DNA from: Octopus vulgaris
Taxonomy: Eukaryota
Direction of reading: 5' to 3'
DNA: 64,000 bases
NCBI GenBank assembly: GCA_951406725.2
Contig: OX597837.1
Location: forward strand, 3,844,001-3,908,000
Under the pieces are notes generated by a model. It was not told the origin of the DNA, made no database searches, and worked only from the letters and a program-made list of their open reading frames with translations. Positions 13,341 to 26,965 of the stretch are shown piece after piece (position 1 is the first letter of the stretch; the number at the start of each line of letters is the position of its first letter). A program made the position numbers and the translations under genes.

Positions 13341-14084
13341 GAAAATATATACTTATATATATATATAATATATATATATATGCGCATACATATATATACA
13401 CACACATATTTATACGTATACATATATGTGTGTATACATAAACGTATATACACACACATACGTATATATATTCATACCTACACACATATACACATATGTG
13501 TATACATATATGCATACTTACGTACATGTGCAAGTGAAAGTACGTGTATTTACACATCTTGATCTATGGGTACCTCTATACTCTTTTAATCTCTCTACCC
13601 GTTTCTTCTATATACGTGTGTGTGTGTCTGTCAATGTCTGTGTGTATGAGTGTATGTGCGTGCGCGTGTGTGTGCGTACTTATTTCCCGAACAACAAAAG
13701 CGAGATTCAATTAGTGCTGGACGTTTTGTTAATAATACTTTGCATCAGTGAACACCAACTTACCAGCGAGTTCAATAGAATTTGTACTAATAGGCAGAAT
13801 GACTTCTCGTTTCCTTTCACACTTCAGTTTATTGTTTCCTAGCTTTACCTTTAACCTAAACTGCATTAATACTTAATACTTCAACCAGCTAATGTGTTGT
13901 AATAATTTACTATCGTACCCAATTACACAAACCGAAAAGCAATATATATATATACATACACACATGTAATAATCATGCACTTAAACGGTAAGGCACCAGG
14001 TCGTGTTTAAAAGAGTGTGTACAGAGCAAAAATAGGAGAATGTATACGCGGGTACCAAAATACAGGCAGAACGATATTCATCAA

Positions 14085-14662
14085 GGCGGTGAGCTGGCAG
14101 AAACATTAGCACGCCGGGCGAAATGTTTAGCCGTATTTCGTCCGCCGCTACGTTCTGAGTTCAAATTCCGCCAAGGTCGACTTTGTCTTTCATCCTTTCG
14201 GGACCGATTACATAAGTACCAGTTACGCACTGGGATCGATGTAATCGACTTAATCCGTTTGTCTGTCCTTGTTTGTCCTCTCTGTGTTTAGCCCCTTGTG
14301 GGTAGTAAATAAATAGGTATTTCGTCTGTCTTCGTGTTTTGAGTTCAAATTCCGCCGAGGTCGACTTTGTCTTTCATCCTTTCGGGACCGATTACATAAG
14401 TACCAGTTACGCACTGGGGTTGATGTAATCGACTTAATCCGTTTGTCTGTCCTTGTTTGTCCTCCCTGCGTTTAGCCCCTTGTGGGTAGTAAATAAATAG
14501 GTATTTCGTCTGTCTTCGTGTTTTGAGTTCAAATTCCGCTGCGGTCGACTTAGCCTTTCATCCTTTTCGGGTTCGATAAAATTAAGTACCAGTTATGTAC
14601 TGGGGTCTGTCCTTGTTTGTCCCTTCTATGTTTAGCCCCTTGTGGGCAATATAGAAATAAGA
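14085..14662 (+). mobile_element. SINE A with 3 tandem ~184-bp internal units
   Basis: gtatttcgtc recurs near 14132, 14317 and 14501. Confidence 0.9.
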
Positions 14663-14874
14663 AGGATATTCAGGTTACGTATACGACAAACTATACCCGA
14701 CTCGGTATAACATGAGCCCTGCGGCTAATCAGGAAACGCACATTGCACTAAATGTACGGTTCATTTGTTTGGATTCTTCTTTTCTTCTTTTCTGAGCGTC
14801 CAATAATACTATACGCGAGGACGTGGAAGAAGTACAGTCTTATTGGACGCTCAGGCAAGGAAAGAAAAGGAAGG

Positions 14875-14909
14875 ATTCTACGTTTCGAGCGAAGCTCTTC
14901 GTCAGAAAC
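14875..14909 (-). ncRNA. Minimal type I hammerhead ribozyme
   Basis: gttt CTGACGA a gagc-ttc-gctc GAAA cg TA gaat; same family as 53751; host element ~14760-14963 with a 15-bp inverted repeat at 14792/14840. Confidence 0.75.
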
Positions 14910-14961
14910 ATAGGAAAAGGAAAGGTCCAAGGAAGGGAAGACGGAGAAAAAAGAACGCCAA

Positions 14962-14996
<35 letters not shown>

Positions 14997-15000
<4 letters not shown>

Positions 15001-15270
15001 AAATAATATATGACAATTATTCAATAGCCAAATAAAGCTCTGAGTTTCGGAAGCCGAGGTGGAAATCCACAACACCATCTCTTCGGTTGTCTGACCAGAT
15101 GGCCAGATAACCGAAGAGATGGTTTTGTGGATTTCCACCTCGGCATCCGAAACTCAGAGTTTTATCTTGGCTACCGAATAATTGTCACATATTATTTTAC
15201 ATATAATTTTACCTCTATTTACATAATATTGAGGTCTCTTTCTTTCTTTTGTTATCTTACCGTTTTACCA
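14997..15270 (+). mobile_element. Fold-back PLE-like element in (TA)n with HHR-like motif (15102-15171)
   Basis: Arms 14997-15088 / 15109-15201; gccagataa CCGAAGA [imperfect stem II] GAAA ctcagag TT ttatcttggc; sibling at 60308. Confidence 0.7.
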
Positions 15271-15286
15271 ATATATATATATATAT

Positions 15287-15353
<67 letters not shown>

Positions 15354-15608
15354 TTTTTCAGAATGAGATAAAAACCCAAGGCTGTGAAGATATTAGAACA
15401 TTTATAAATAGGTCTTTCCACATTTTTCGTCAACAACAACTGCTTAACCTCCCAAGCTAACCTGTCATATCTATCGACTTTTCTTTCTTTCTTATCGCAT
15501 TCCTTTTTGTCAGCTGGGTATGCTATATCTGTGATCTAGCATCGTTTGTTTTCTTTCTCAATTAACACTCTGTCTGGCTTCCTATTCTCTATTTCATAGT
15601 TGTTGTTA

Positions 15609-15646
<38 letters not shown>

Positions 15647-16107
15647 TGTGAATAAGATAAACATTTAACCAATTAAGTGATCATTGGCTTCATTAATCGT
15701 TCGCGCAATCAATCATCCAGCTAGGTTTGTCAAAGTCCTGTCATTGTCATTTCCGATCCCATCAATAATATGCGCTCTCCATCCAGGAATGCTTCCAGGT
15801 ATGACCTCAGCGATTAATCAGAGAATCGGTTTGTTAATTGATTAAATGTTGTGCTAAATTCACAAATGATAACAAAACACGTGAAATAGAACGAGAGTGT
15901 GTTTATATTATTGACGTAAAACACGCCCAAACTACAACAAAATATGTGTTAACATATTTGTACATCTTAAGGAACTAAATACAACAAATTATATTTTACG
16001 TATTTATACTAATTCACCTTTCTTGTCTTTTATCCCAAATCATTTTTTGGTTTGGTGTTTTAAATTGTTTTATACTTGCTCTCATTAATCACATTTCTAC
16101 TTATACA

Positions 16108-16280
16108 GGACCAGGTATGGTTGTGTGGTAAGAAGCTTACTTTCCGACCACATGGTTCCAGGTTCAGTCCCACTTCGTGACTCCTTGACCACGTGCCTTC
16201 TACTATAGCATCAGGCCGACCAAAGCCTTTTGAGTGGATTTGGTGGACGGAAACTAAAAAAAAAGCCCCTCATATATATG
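16108..16280 (+). mobile_element. SINE B, 5' part, diverged
   Basis: A/B boxes and ..ggatttggtggacggaaact. Confidence 0.75.
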
Positions 16281-16284
16281 TATG

Positions 16285-16720
16285 GGGGAAGGAGCCAGTC
16301 AATTAGATCGATTTCATTACGCAACTAGTATTTAATTTATCGATCCCGAAAGGATGAAAGACAAAGTCGACCTAGGCGGAATTTGAACTCAGAACGTAAC
16401 GGCAGACGAAATACCGCGAAGCATTTCGTCCAGCGTGCTAATAAATCAACACAGCGACCATTAACTATTTATGATATATCAGTTAACAAGATCTAAAATT
16501 ACCAATAATTATTTCTTTACTACCCACAAGGGGCTAAAGACAGAGAGGACAAACAAGGACAGACAAACGGATTAAGTCGATTATATCGACTCCAGTGCGT
16601 AACTGGTACTTATTTAATCGATCCCGAAAGGATGAAAGACAAAGTCGACCTAGGCGGAATTTGAACTCAGAACGTAACGGCAGACGAAATACCGCGAAGC
16701 ATTTCGTCCAGCGTGCTAAT
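16285..16720 (-). mobile_element. SINE A, two pieces with co-duplicated flank
   Basis: Near-identical ~170-bp repeat at 16320-16489 and 16596-16768. Confidence 0.85.
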
Positions 16721-17145
16721 AAAGCAACACAGCGACCATTAACTATTTATGATATCACAGTTAACAATGAAGTCCCTATAACAGCAATTCCTTCTACGGC
16801 ACCGCATTCACAATAATAACAATAATAATCAACACAACCGTTCACCATCACAGTTACTACGCCCATATAGCATCAACGCACGAGAGATTCATGAAACCAA
16901 TTCCAATATTATTCTCTAGAAACCTACATACCACGCGTATTTAAATAATAGGACGCCTCCATTAATCAAGACCGCTATGTCCGATCGCTTTCTGAAAGCA
17001 TTTTAATAGCAACAAATAAAGAGAATCCCATCGCACAGCGGTATCATAAAGTTCTCATTTGTCCACGTCCATTTTATTTATTACTGACCACAATCTGGGT
17101 TAACAATGGGTGTTCATAGTAGATATACATATATACAACAACACC

Positions 17146-17178
<33 letters not shown>

Positions 17179-17227
17179 GCTATCACTCTCCTTTCTCTCT
17201 CTATATATATGTACGTATATATATCTA

Positions 17228-17306
<79 letters not shown>

Positions 17307-17322
17307 AATGTGTGTGTGTGTG

Positions 17323-17655
17323 TGAAGATGCATGGTTCAGTGGTTAGAGCGTCGATCTTACGACCGTGAGGTTGTGAGTCCGATTCACGCACCGGGCTGC
17401 GTGTTGTGATCTTGAGCAAGACAGTTTATTTCACGTTTTCTCTTGTTCACTCAGCTGTAGAAATGAATTGCGACGTCACTGATGCCAAGCTGTATCAGCC
17501 TTTGCCTTTCCCTTGGATAACATTGGTGGCATGGAGAGGGGAGGCTGGTATGCATGGACGACTACTGGTCATCCATAAACAACCTTGCCCGGACTTGTGC
17601 CTCCGAGGGTAACTTTCCAGGTGCAATCCCATGGTCATTCGTGACCGAAGGTTGT
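17323..17655 (+). mobile_element. tRNA-derived CORE-type SINE, family E
   Basis: A-box tggttcagtggttagagc, CORE-like gatcttgagcaagac..gttcactcagctgtagaaatga; 3' body shared with 28888-29085. Confidence 0.8.
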
Positions 17656-17691
17656 CTCCGACTCCGACTCCGATATATATATAATAATATA

Positions 17692-17769
<78 letters not shown>

Positions 17770-17788
17770 ATATATATACACACAACTA

Positions 17789-18329
17789 CAGGGTCAGGCA
17801 AAATGATCTGACACATTTGTAGGTTTGAAGTAAAGAAACAAAAAAGTGTTTTTATTTTTGAAAAGTACATATAATGCCATTTTGTTTCATTATGTTTTAA
17901 AAATGAAATCAGTCAAATGGGATCCATTATTGTCCACACACTGTCGAAGGCGTTCACGAAAGTTGTCAATAACTCGGCGGGTCATTTCATGTGAAATGGC
18001 AGTAATTTCTTGACGAATTGCATCTTTAAGTTCTGGCGGTGCGAGGTCGGCCGGTTGATTTTCGTTTCAATGCAGATCCAGTAGCTCTGAAGTTGGTAAC
18101 CCATAACAAGATCGTGTTTCGAGCTGGTACGGGATCATGTCTACCAAGATTGAAGTGCAAACGGAACGCTCTTTGTGTTGCAGTTACAGAATCGTTTGTT
18201 TTGATAAACGTTTCCACAATGAAAGCGCGATGCTCACCAGTCCAATTCATGGCAGCAACTGAAAAAGAAACGAAAAACAATGCCATTTATTTAACCTACA
18301 AATGTGTCAGATCATTTTGCCTGACCCTA
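17789..18329 (-). mobile_element. Internally deleted Tc1/mariner-superfamily transposon (DUF4817-type N-terminus)
   Basis: ~36-bp TIRs cagggtcaggcaaaatgatctgacacatttgtaggtt; N-terminal HTH (SVTATQRAFRLHF..GRPRTART) lies directly next to the C-terminus (..NFRERLRQCVDNNGSHL). Confidence 0.88.
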
Positions 18330-18743
18330 AGAGAGATCCACTATGTAGACGATCTTACGCTAGATATAGATCCGCAAAGGGAATTCACCACTAAGAATTG
18401 TTCTCAAGAAATAATTCAAACACCAAAAACGTAAGCGAGCAGGACAAATGAAAAATAACGAAAATATAGATTAACCCCATACTATTGTTTCATCATATAT
18501 ATATATATTAATGCATATATGGGTACTGGACGTCACAAAGAGTAAACAGCATCAAATACAACAAATGAGTTGAATACGCAAACGAGATAATCAAATGGAA
18601 AATTGGAGAAGTAACATAAAGAACGACCCTTCATCAGTTGTCGGCTGCCTATCTGCTCCTCATTTCGAGCATTGAGCGACAATATGAGTCTTCGAAGGCA
18701 GTTGCTTCCACAAAACCCAAAATAAAATTTGGGATTTATGGAA

Positions 18744-18839
<96 letters not shown>

Positions 18840-18969
18840 TACATACACACATGTATTCACGGCTCCGATAAATGTCTATTCTCTCTCTGTTTTGAGCGAG
18901 GACAGAAAATTTTAGCTGGTGTTTTTCCTACGTTCAGGCCCGCACAAATGCAGCCCTTATGAAGTATAT

Positions 18970-19300
18970 TTCACTCTTTACAGCTGAGCAGATTGGAGCA
19001 ACGTAAAATCAAGTGTGTTGCTTAAAAACAAAAACAAAAAAAAAAAACTCCCACTAACCGCTCCGGGACCTGAAACCACGATCTTCCGATCGTGATGGCT
19101 GGAGTACCATGATTCATAGTGCCGGTTCCCCGGTTATCTCTTTTCCCTATTCCTCTGCTACAACCTTCATCATAAACGTGGCGTCATTCCGTGGCCAGGT
19201 TAATTACTAACATCTGAGTGAAATGAATCAATGTAAAAAAGGGAAGGTTCATCCGAGAATCGAAACCATGACCCTAATCGTTAGAATACGCACCTTCACG
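18970..19300 (-). mobile_element. Two highly decayed CORE-type SINE remnants
   Basis: cagctgagcagattggagcaacgtaaaatcaagtg and gaatcgaaaccatg resemble the reverse of the family E head. Confidence 0.45.
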
Positions 19301-20431
19301 GCATGACAGTGAAGTAGATGTAAAAACATGATACACAAAGTTTTTAAAGCCTTCTCTGATAAAATACACGAATGACTAAAGAGTTATACATACCGTTTGT
19401 ATTTGAAATACGATGTTTTTTTAAAAACTATTCAAATTAATATATCACAAGTATATAGTCCCATGATAGCAGAACTTTTTCTCTTTCATATGGAGCTGAG
19501 TTTGCATAAAACGAAGAAAGAAAAGGGGAAAAAACAGCGAATTCACGGTTGACTGAATTTTACATGACTGTCAGACTTGATAACGACCAGTCTTAAAGTT
19601 TTCTTCGTATTCACATATTCATGTAGCAAAAACAAAACAAAACAAACAATCCCAAGAAGCAACGACATAAAAAAAAAATTACCTCGTATTTACTTACATA
19701 TATGGCTTTAGACAACGTACTTAATTCAGCAGAGCTTTGTAACTTTATAGTTTCGTACACAGACATAACTCAGTGATATATCTTTGACATATAATCTCTT
19801 TCTTTGTTTTCCTAGTTCCAATATTGTCGGACAGAGGCCATGCCAGGGCATTGGCATCAAGAGATTTCAACAGATAATGCCGACCTATCCATTACGTTTA
19901 TACTTACATATTTTGGAAGATTATTTATTCGAACATCTAATTCTTTCTCAGTTTAAAGGGGCATAACTTGGCTTATGAAGTAGTGCAAGGTATTTTGTAA
20001 CGCAACGTACTACATTTTGAATACACACTCACACACACACATACACACACTCACACGCACGCACGCACACCACGTTAACACACATACATATGTATGGATA
20101 TCTCTTGTCTTTTATTTATTTTTGTTAGTAACCTCCAGCCATGCTCGACCCCACGAACGCACACAAACTCGCACAAACACTCACACACACGTGTACACAC
20201 ACGTGCACACACACGCACACACTCGCACACATTCACACACACACACACACAAACACACTCACAACACAACACACACTCACACACATAGGTATACAACGGA
20301 CTTGTCTACAAAATTCATTCACAAGGTATCGGTCCGATCGGCGTTATGGTAGGAGGCAGCTGCTCTGAGAGCGGCACAGTGGAGCTTAACCCGAAATTAC
20401 GTGAGATTGTGTGTGTATGTATTCGCACACA

Positions 20432-20494
<63 letters not shown>

Positions 20495-20532
20495 ACATAC
20501 ATATATATATATTTATAATTATGAGTATAATT

Positions 20533-20700
20533 ATAATTAGGGTTCAGCAAAATTTGCTTCACCACATACCGAACTTTAGAAATAACAGCCAAAGAACTTA
20601 GCTATTGCTTCTACTATAAGAAGGAACTCCCAGATAACATTGGTGGAATTCTTAGTTACTAATTAACTAATTAATTAATTTTACTCTTTATTATTATTGA
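20533..20700. mobile_element. Deleted copy of the 43557 fold-back family
   Basis: taattagggttcagcaa..tttagaaataacagc..ttctact followed by the tail taattaattttactctttattattattg. Confidence 0.7.
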
Positions 20701-20791
20701 CTATATATATATACACGGCGGTGCATCAGCATGGTCGTAGCTCTGAGCTGCAACTAGAGAGAAATATATATATATATGTGTATATATGTAG

Positions 20792-21314
20792 AAGAAGAAA
20801 AGAAAATGGAGATAAGGAAGTTAATTACTTATTATTAACAAATTGGTCGTCTTCTCTACTTACATCCGTTTCAATTAATACTTATTAATTTCATTATAAA
20901 TTTGTACATTAAATTTGCATTTATGTGACATGAGCATAATTTCATCAGAGAAAAAAAAGAAAATAAGATGTAAATTGGGACGTTGTATGTGGACCTATCA
21001 ATTCATTTCAGCAGAGTAAATATTACGGTTTATGATTTGTATTATCATATACTCGGGTGAAGAGTTTACAGATTGATTAGAATATGATTATGAATAAAGT
21101 AAAATAAATAAATCTGGAACAATAAAGTAAAAATAGAGATTACTGAGGAAAGATAAATATGAATAAGGTAAATTTATTGTTAATTAAACGAATAAAATAT
21201 TCATTTATAAGGGATGAATAAAATTATAAAAAAATTATATATGTATATGAAAAATATATATACACGCACTCACACAAACATTTACACATATACATATAGC
21301 TATACACGCACACA

Positions 21315-21369
<55 letters not shown>

Positions 21370-22250
21370 TATGAGAGAGAATCCACTAAAGTGGACGCCC
21401 TTACGCTAAAGTGAGATCCGCATGTGTCTCAACCACTAAAAATTGTTCTCTCTTTAGCATAAGGGCGTCCACTTTAGTAGATTCTCTCTCATATTTGTGT
21501 ATTAATAATATTTACTGAATCTCAGTTGTTTATGCGCTAAACCATTGGTTTTAAATTGATTTTATTAAATTAATATACAATTTTTTCACCCTCATTTTGA
21601 TTTATATATATACGAGGGGCTTCTCTCAGTTTCCGTCTACCAAATCCACTTACAAGTCTTTGGTCGGCCCGAGGCTATAGTAGAAGACACTTGCCCAAGT
21701 TGTCACGCAGTGGGAATGAACCCGGAACCGTGTGGTTGGTAAGCAAGTTACCTACCGCACAACCACTTCTACGCCATATATACACATATTTATATATATA
21801 TATATATATTATACATATACATATATAAATATTTTATGATTTTATTCATCCTTTATAAAAGAATTTTATATTCTTTAATTAACAATAAATCTCTATTTTC
21901 ACTTTATTTATTGTCTCAGTTTTATTTACTTTACTTTACTTTATACCTAATCATAATCTAATTATTCTGTAAACCTTTCACCCGAGCATAAAAATAATAC
22001 AAACCATAAACCGTAATATTTGCTCTGCTGAAATGAATTGATAGGTCCGCATATAACATCCTAATGTACATAGTTATTTTCTTTTCCATTTTCTCTGATG
22101 AAATTGTGTTCATGTCATATAAATGCAAATTTAATGTACAAATTTATAATTAAATGATTGAGTATTAATTGAAACGGATGTAACAAGCGAAGATAACCAA
22201 ATTGTTAATAATAAATAACTGTTAACTTCCTTATCTCCACTTTCTTCTTT
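20792..22250. repeat. Long inverted repeat (arms ~20792-21250 and ~21813-22250), each arm with an HHR
   Basis: Arms align as reverse complements throughout; the spacer holds a second fold-back (21363-21600) and a SINE B fragment (21612-21775). Confidence 0.85.
22089..22190 (+). ncRNA. Type I hammerhead with ~70-nt stem II (mirror copy 20855-20952, minus)
   Basis: CTGATGA aattgtgttca...tgagtattaatt GAAA cggatg TA; core retained in both diverged arms; stem I weak. Confidence 0.6.
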
Positions 22251-22291
22251 AAATGGATATAAGCTGTACGCTTGATATATAACTATTGTGA

Positions 22292-22960
22292 GGCGGCGCG
22301 CCGGCAGAAAGGTTAGCACGCCGGACGAAATGCTTAACGGTATTCCGTCTGCCGCTACGTTCTGAGTTCAAATTCTGCCGAGGTCGACTTTGTCTTTCAT
22401 CCTTTCGGGGTCGATTAAATAAGTACCAGTTACACACTGGGTTCGATATAATCGACTTAATCCGTTTCTCTGTCCTTGTTTGTCCCCTCTCTGTGTAGCC
22501 CCTTGTGGGTAGTAAAGAAATAGGTATTTCGTCTTGCGCTACGTTCTCAGTTCAAGTTCCGCCGAGGTCGTCTTTGCCTTTCATCCTTTCGTGGTCGTTT
22601 AAATAAGTACCAGTTACGCACTGGGTTCGATATAATAGATTTAATCCGTTTGTCTGTCCTTGTTTGTCCTCTCTGCGTTTAGCCCCTTGTGGGTAGTAAA
22701 GAAATAAGGAAACGCTAGCACGGCGGGTGAAATGCTTAGTGGTATTTCGTCTGCTGCTACGTTCTGAGTTCAAATTCTGCCGAGGTCGACTTTGCCTTTC
22801 ATCCTTTCGTGGTCGATTAAATAAGTACCAGTTACGCACTGGGATCGATATAATCGACTTAATCCGTTTCTCTGTCGTTGTTTCTCCCCTCAGTGAGTAG
22901 CCCTTGCGGTTAGTAAAGAAATAGGTATTTCTTCTGTCTGCATGTTCTGACTTCAAATTA
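22292..22960 (+). mobile_element. SINE A multimer
   Basis: Three internal units plus the start of a fourth, with a second head piece near 22710. Confidence 0.9.
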
Positions 22961-23704
22961 CGTACGTAATTACGTAAGTGGTAACAATGAAACCGGGTTT
23001 GTGGTTAATCTTTATATTTTCTATCTTTTCATTTGCCTTGCTCGCTTACGTTCTGGCATTTGCTGAATTTTCATGAGAACAATCTTTTCTTAATGGTAGA
23101 CCATATGGGGTCTACATCTAGCTTAATGGATGTCCATTTAGTGATCATACCTTGTATATGTATATATATATATATATATATTAGTAATTTGCCTGTACGG
23201 ATGGTATTCGCCACCACTAGCGATGGTATTTTGATAGTACAACAGCTCTCATATTTACTTGTAACTATATATATATATATACTTATGTGTGTGCGAATGC
23301 GTGTGCATGATAAAGAAGAGCAAAAGCGCACGGAATTTTTATGCACATATATTTGAATGAAATAAGTTTTAGTTTTTAACAAAGAAGGTAAAATTTTCCA
23401 TTATCTTCCTGTGTATGAAAATATAAATACGAAACTATGTTGTCACATAAATGTTTTCATAAAACTGTTTTTCTGTCAAAGTTTTGATTGTGTTTTCTCA
23501 CGGGAAATTTTTACTCACAGAAAACAAGAGACAATCATATATTATTGAAAAAGTTTTCGTATAGAAAATAGCTTTCGGAGAAAAACCATAAAGTGCCTCT
23601 ATTTCTCCTTCTCTCTCTAACTCTGTCATTCTATCACTCTCTCACTTTCTCACTGCGGGCTGAATCATTTTTAAGGATTTATATCAATTATAGAAGAATC
23701 TTTA

Positions 23705-24120
23705 ATCTTTTATCTCTTACTCGTTTCAGTCATTAGACTGCGGTCATGCTGGATCACAGCCATTAAGAATCTTTAGTCGAGTATAGCAACCCCAGTACTT
23801 ATTTTTTTAAAGCGTGCTCCTTCTTATATCATTCTCTTCTGTTGAACCACTAAGTTACAGGGACGTGAGTACACCAGCACTAGTTGTCAAGTAGTGGTGG
23901 TGAAAAAAACACGGACACAAAGATACGCTCGCCCCACACACATATGCACGCACGCGCACACACACATACATACGACAGGCTATCTCCATTTTCCATCTAC
24001 CGAATTCACTCACAATGATTTGATAGGGGCGAGGCCATTGAAGAAGGCGGTGCAACATAATAGGACTCTACCCCAAACTATGTGGTTAGAAAGCAAGCCT
24101 ATTATCACAGAGCCAAATCT
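23705..24120 (-). mobile_element. SINE B, old diverged copy
   Basis: ttcagtcattagactgcggtcatgctgga..aaactatgtggttagaaagcaagc. Confidence 0.75.
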
Positions 24121-24232
24121 GTACAAAAACCGCCAGCATAGCGATGCATAGAAATTACAATATATACTTTAATGAATAAGGACTATAAATATGGAAGAGT
24201 TCACTATTTACAGCTAATATAGACTTAGTTAT

Positions 24233-24835
24233 GGCGGCGAGCTGGCAGAGCCGCTAGCACGCCGGGCGAAATGCTTAGCAGTATTTCGTCCGCTGCTACG
24301 TTCTGAGTTCAAATTCCGCTGAGGTCGACTTTGCCTTCCATCCTTTCGGGGTCGATTAAATAAGTACCAATTACGCACTGAGGTCGATATAATCGACTTA
24401 ATCCGTTTGTCTGTCCTTGTTTGTCCTCTCTGTGTTTAGCCTCTTGTGGGTAGTAAATAAATAGGTATTTCGTCTGTCTTCATGTTCTGAGTTCAAATTC
24501 CGCCGAGGTCGACTTTGCCTCTCATCCTTTCGGGGTCGATGAATGAAGAACTAGTTGCGTACTGAGGTCGATCTAATCGACTGCTCTCCTCCACAAAATT
24601 TCGGGCCTTGTGCCTAGAGCAGAAAATATTATTTTCAAGGCGGCGAGCTGGCAGAAACGTTAGCACGCCGGGCGAAATGCTTTGCGGTATTTCGTCTGTC
24701 TTCGTGTTCTGAGTTCAAATTCCGCCGAGGTCGACTTTGCCGTTCATCCTTCCGGGATCGATAAATTAAGTACCAGGGTCGATCTAATCGACTGGCCCCT
24801 TCCTCCAAAATTTCAAAGCCTATAGAAAAGAATGT
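24233..24835 (+). mobile_element. Two adjacent SINE A copies (long form 24233-24630, short form 24639-24835)
   Basis: Two heads ggcggcgagctggcaga and two tails. Confidence 0.9.
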
Positions 24836-25165
24836 AGACTTTGTTAATATTCATTGTCACGCAAGATTATGATTTCAATAACCGGAGACAAAGATTCCAT
24901 TTTACGTTGCCCTGCGATCACTTCGACATTTGATGTGTTACCCACTATGCACCTGTGCGGGTAATGTTTATTTAATGGAGGAGAGTAAGCTAATTTATTA
25001 TAGGACAAACATAGGATCACAATAAGCAAATCATCTTAGCAATTTGTTCAGTAAGAAATTGCGGAATCACTATTTGTGGTTCTGAAGAGTTGAGAGTCTA
25101 CGAAAATATATATGCAGATATAGTAATACGACAAGGAGAGAGAGGAAGGGATTGAAAGTGTGTAT

Positions 25166-25224
<59 letters not shown>

Positions 25225-26018
25225 TGTGTTTGTGTGTGTGTGTAAGGGAGAGAGATAGATGGAAAGAAGGAGAGAGAGAGGGGCGAAACACATGCACACA
25301 AACAAAAATGAACGCAGTGTAAATAACGGAGAGAGTCAAGAGTATAGAAAAGATTGCAAGACGCAACGAAAATTTAGGAAAATAAAATTAAGAAATAAAG
25401 GGAAATTTTACCGGTGAGTGTGTTAAATTATAAGGCAAAAAAAGAGAATGACTCTCCCCAGACACAATAGGATGAAATCTATAATTTTACGTCCTTGTTT
25501 TTGGTTCGCTATAATTAAAATTTCATTAGACGAAATAAAATACAGATCAACGTCAGTTAAGATAAATGTGAATATAATATTTCAAGTATAGTATTTCAGT
25601 TATAATGTTTAAAAAGTAGAAAGAGAAGAGGAAACGATAGAGATGTATGAAAAAAAAAAAAGACAAACAATACAGATATCACGACTAGAATCTTCTAAAT
25701 AACATTTGAATGTTAAAAAAGAATAAAAGAAAATATGCCTGACTTATAGAAATTGTACGAATTCTCTGTGAATGCATGCAATACAGTAATTTGTAAACAT
25801 ACACACATATGCACACACAGATTTGTGTGTGTTTGTTTGTGTGTGTGTGTGTGTGTGTGTGTGAACGTGCATGCATATATGTGTATTTATATAGGCATAT
25901 ATATATAGGCATATAAATATATATATATGTGTCTGTATATATAGACATATGTATATATATATATATAGATATATATCCATATCTCTCTCTATATATACAT
26001 ATATATATGTGTGTATAT

Positions 26019-26076
<58 letters not shown>

Positions 26077-26199
26077 ATGGGGAGATCAGACTTATGCCGA
26101 CACATGAATTTATAAGCACGCTCACTATCATACCCACTTGCATACGCGTACACACATATATATATACATATAATATAATGTAATATATAATATGATATA

Positions 26200-26246
<47 letters not shown>

Positions 26247-26303
26247 TATATACAAACACTAGCGAAAATAATTAATTTTATTTTATCGCATTTTGAATTT
26301 GTT

Positions 26304-26352
<49 letters not shown>

Positions 26353-26759
26353 TATATATATGTGTGTGTTTATGTGTGTGTGTGTGTATATAGACAGTAA
26401 GGGAGAGGGAGAGAAAGAAAGAAGAGAGAGAGAAAGGGATAGAGAGAAAGAGAGAGAGATAGAAAGAGAGAGAAACTTATACATATATTTTATACATTTC
26501 AAATGTCTGAAAGATGAGCCCCGCTTACGTAAATGCGCCCCGCTTACGTAAAAGCGCAGACACGAACAGGAACATAGCTATTAATGTCGCAGGTGTTGTA
26601 CCTGTACAATATAATGTATTCTAAAAAACTTCTCTCTAAGGATTTTTATATTGTACAGCAATAAAAAAGAGTCCACGGATTTTACTACTCTGCTTTCTTA
26701 TATTCTGTCGGGGCGAAAAGTGTCAAGGTATTTCCAGTTGCATAAAGGGCCTAATAACA

Positions 26760-26965
26760 GGTATTCCGTCGGTTGCGACGACGAGGGTGCCAGTTGATCC
26801 GAGCAACGGAACAGCTTGCTCGTGAAATTAACGTGCAAGTGGCCGAACATTGCATAGACACGCGGACCCTTAACGTAGTTCTCTGGGAGATTCAGCCTGA
26901 CACAAAATGTGACGAGGCCAGCCCTTTGAAATACAAGTACCTCTCATTTTGCCAGCTCAGTGGCA
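26760..26965 (-). mobile_element. SINE 3' body (family F)
   Basis: Reverse complement matches 28775-28886 (tatttcaaaggg..gagaactac..ttaagggt..gccactt.cacgttaat). Confidence 0.65.

Noticed and set aside
14085-14662. CRISPR-like array
   Set aside because: Units are contiguous SINE modules without unique spacers; eukaryotic context
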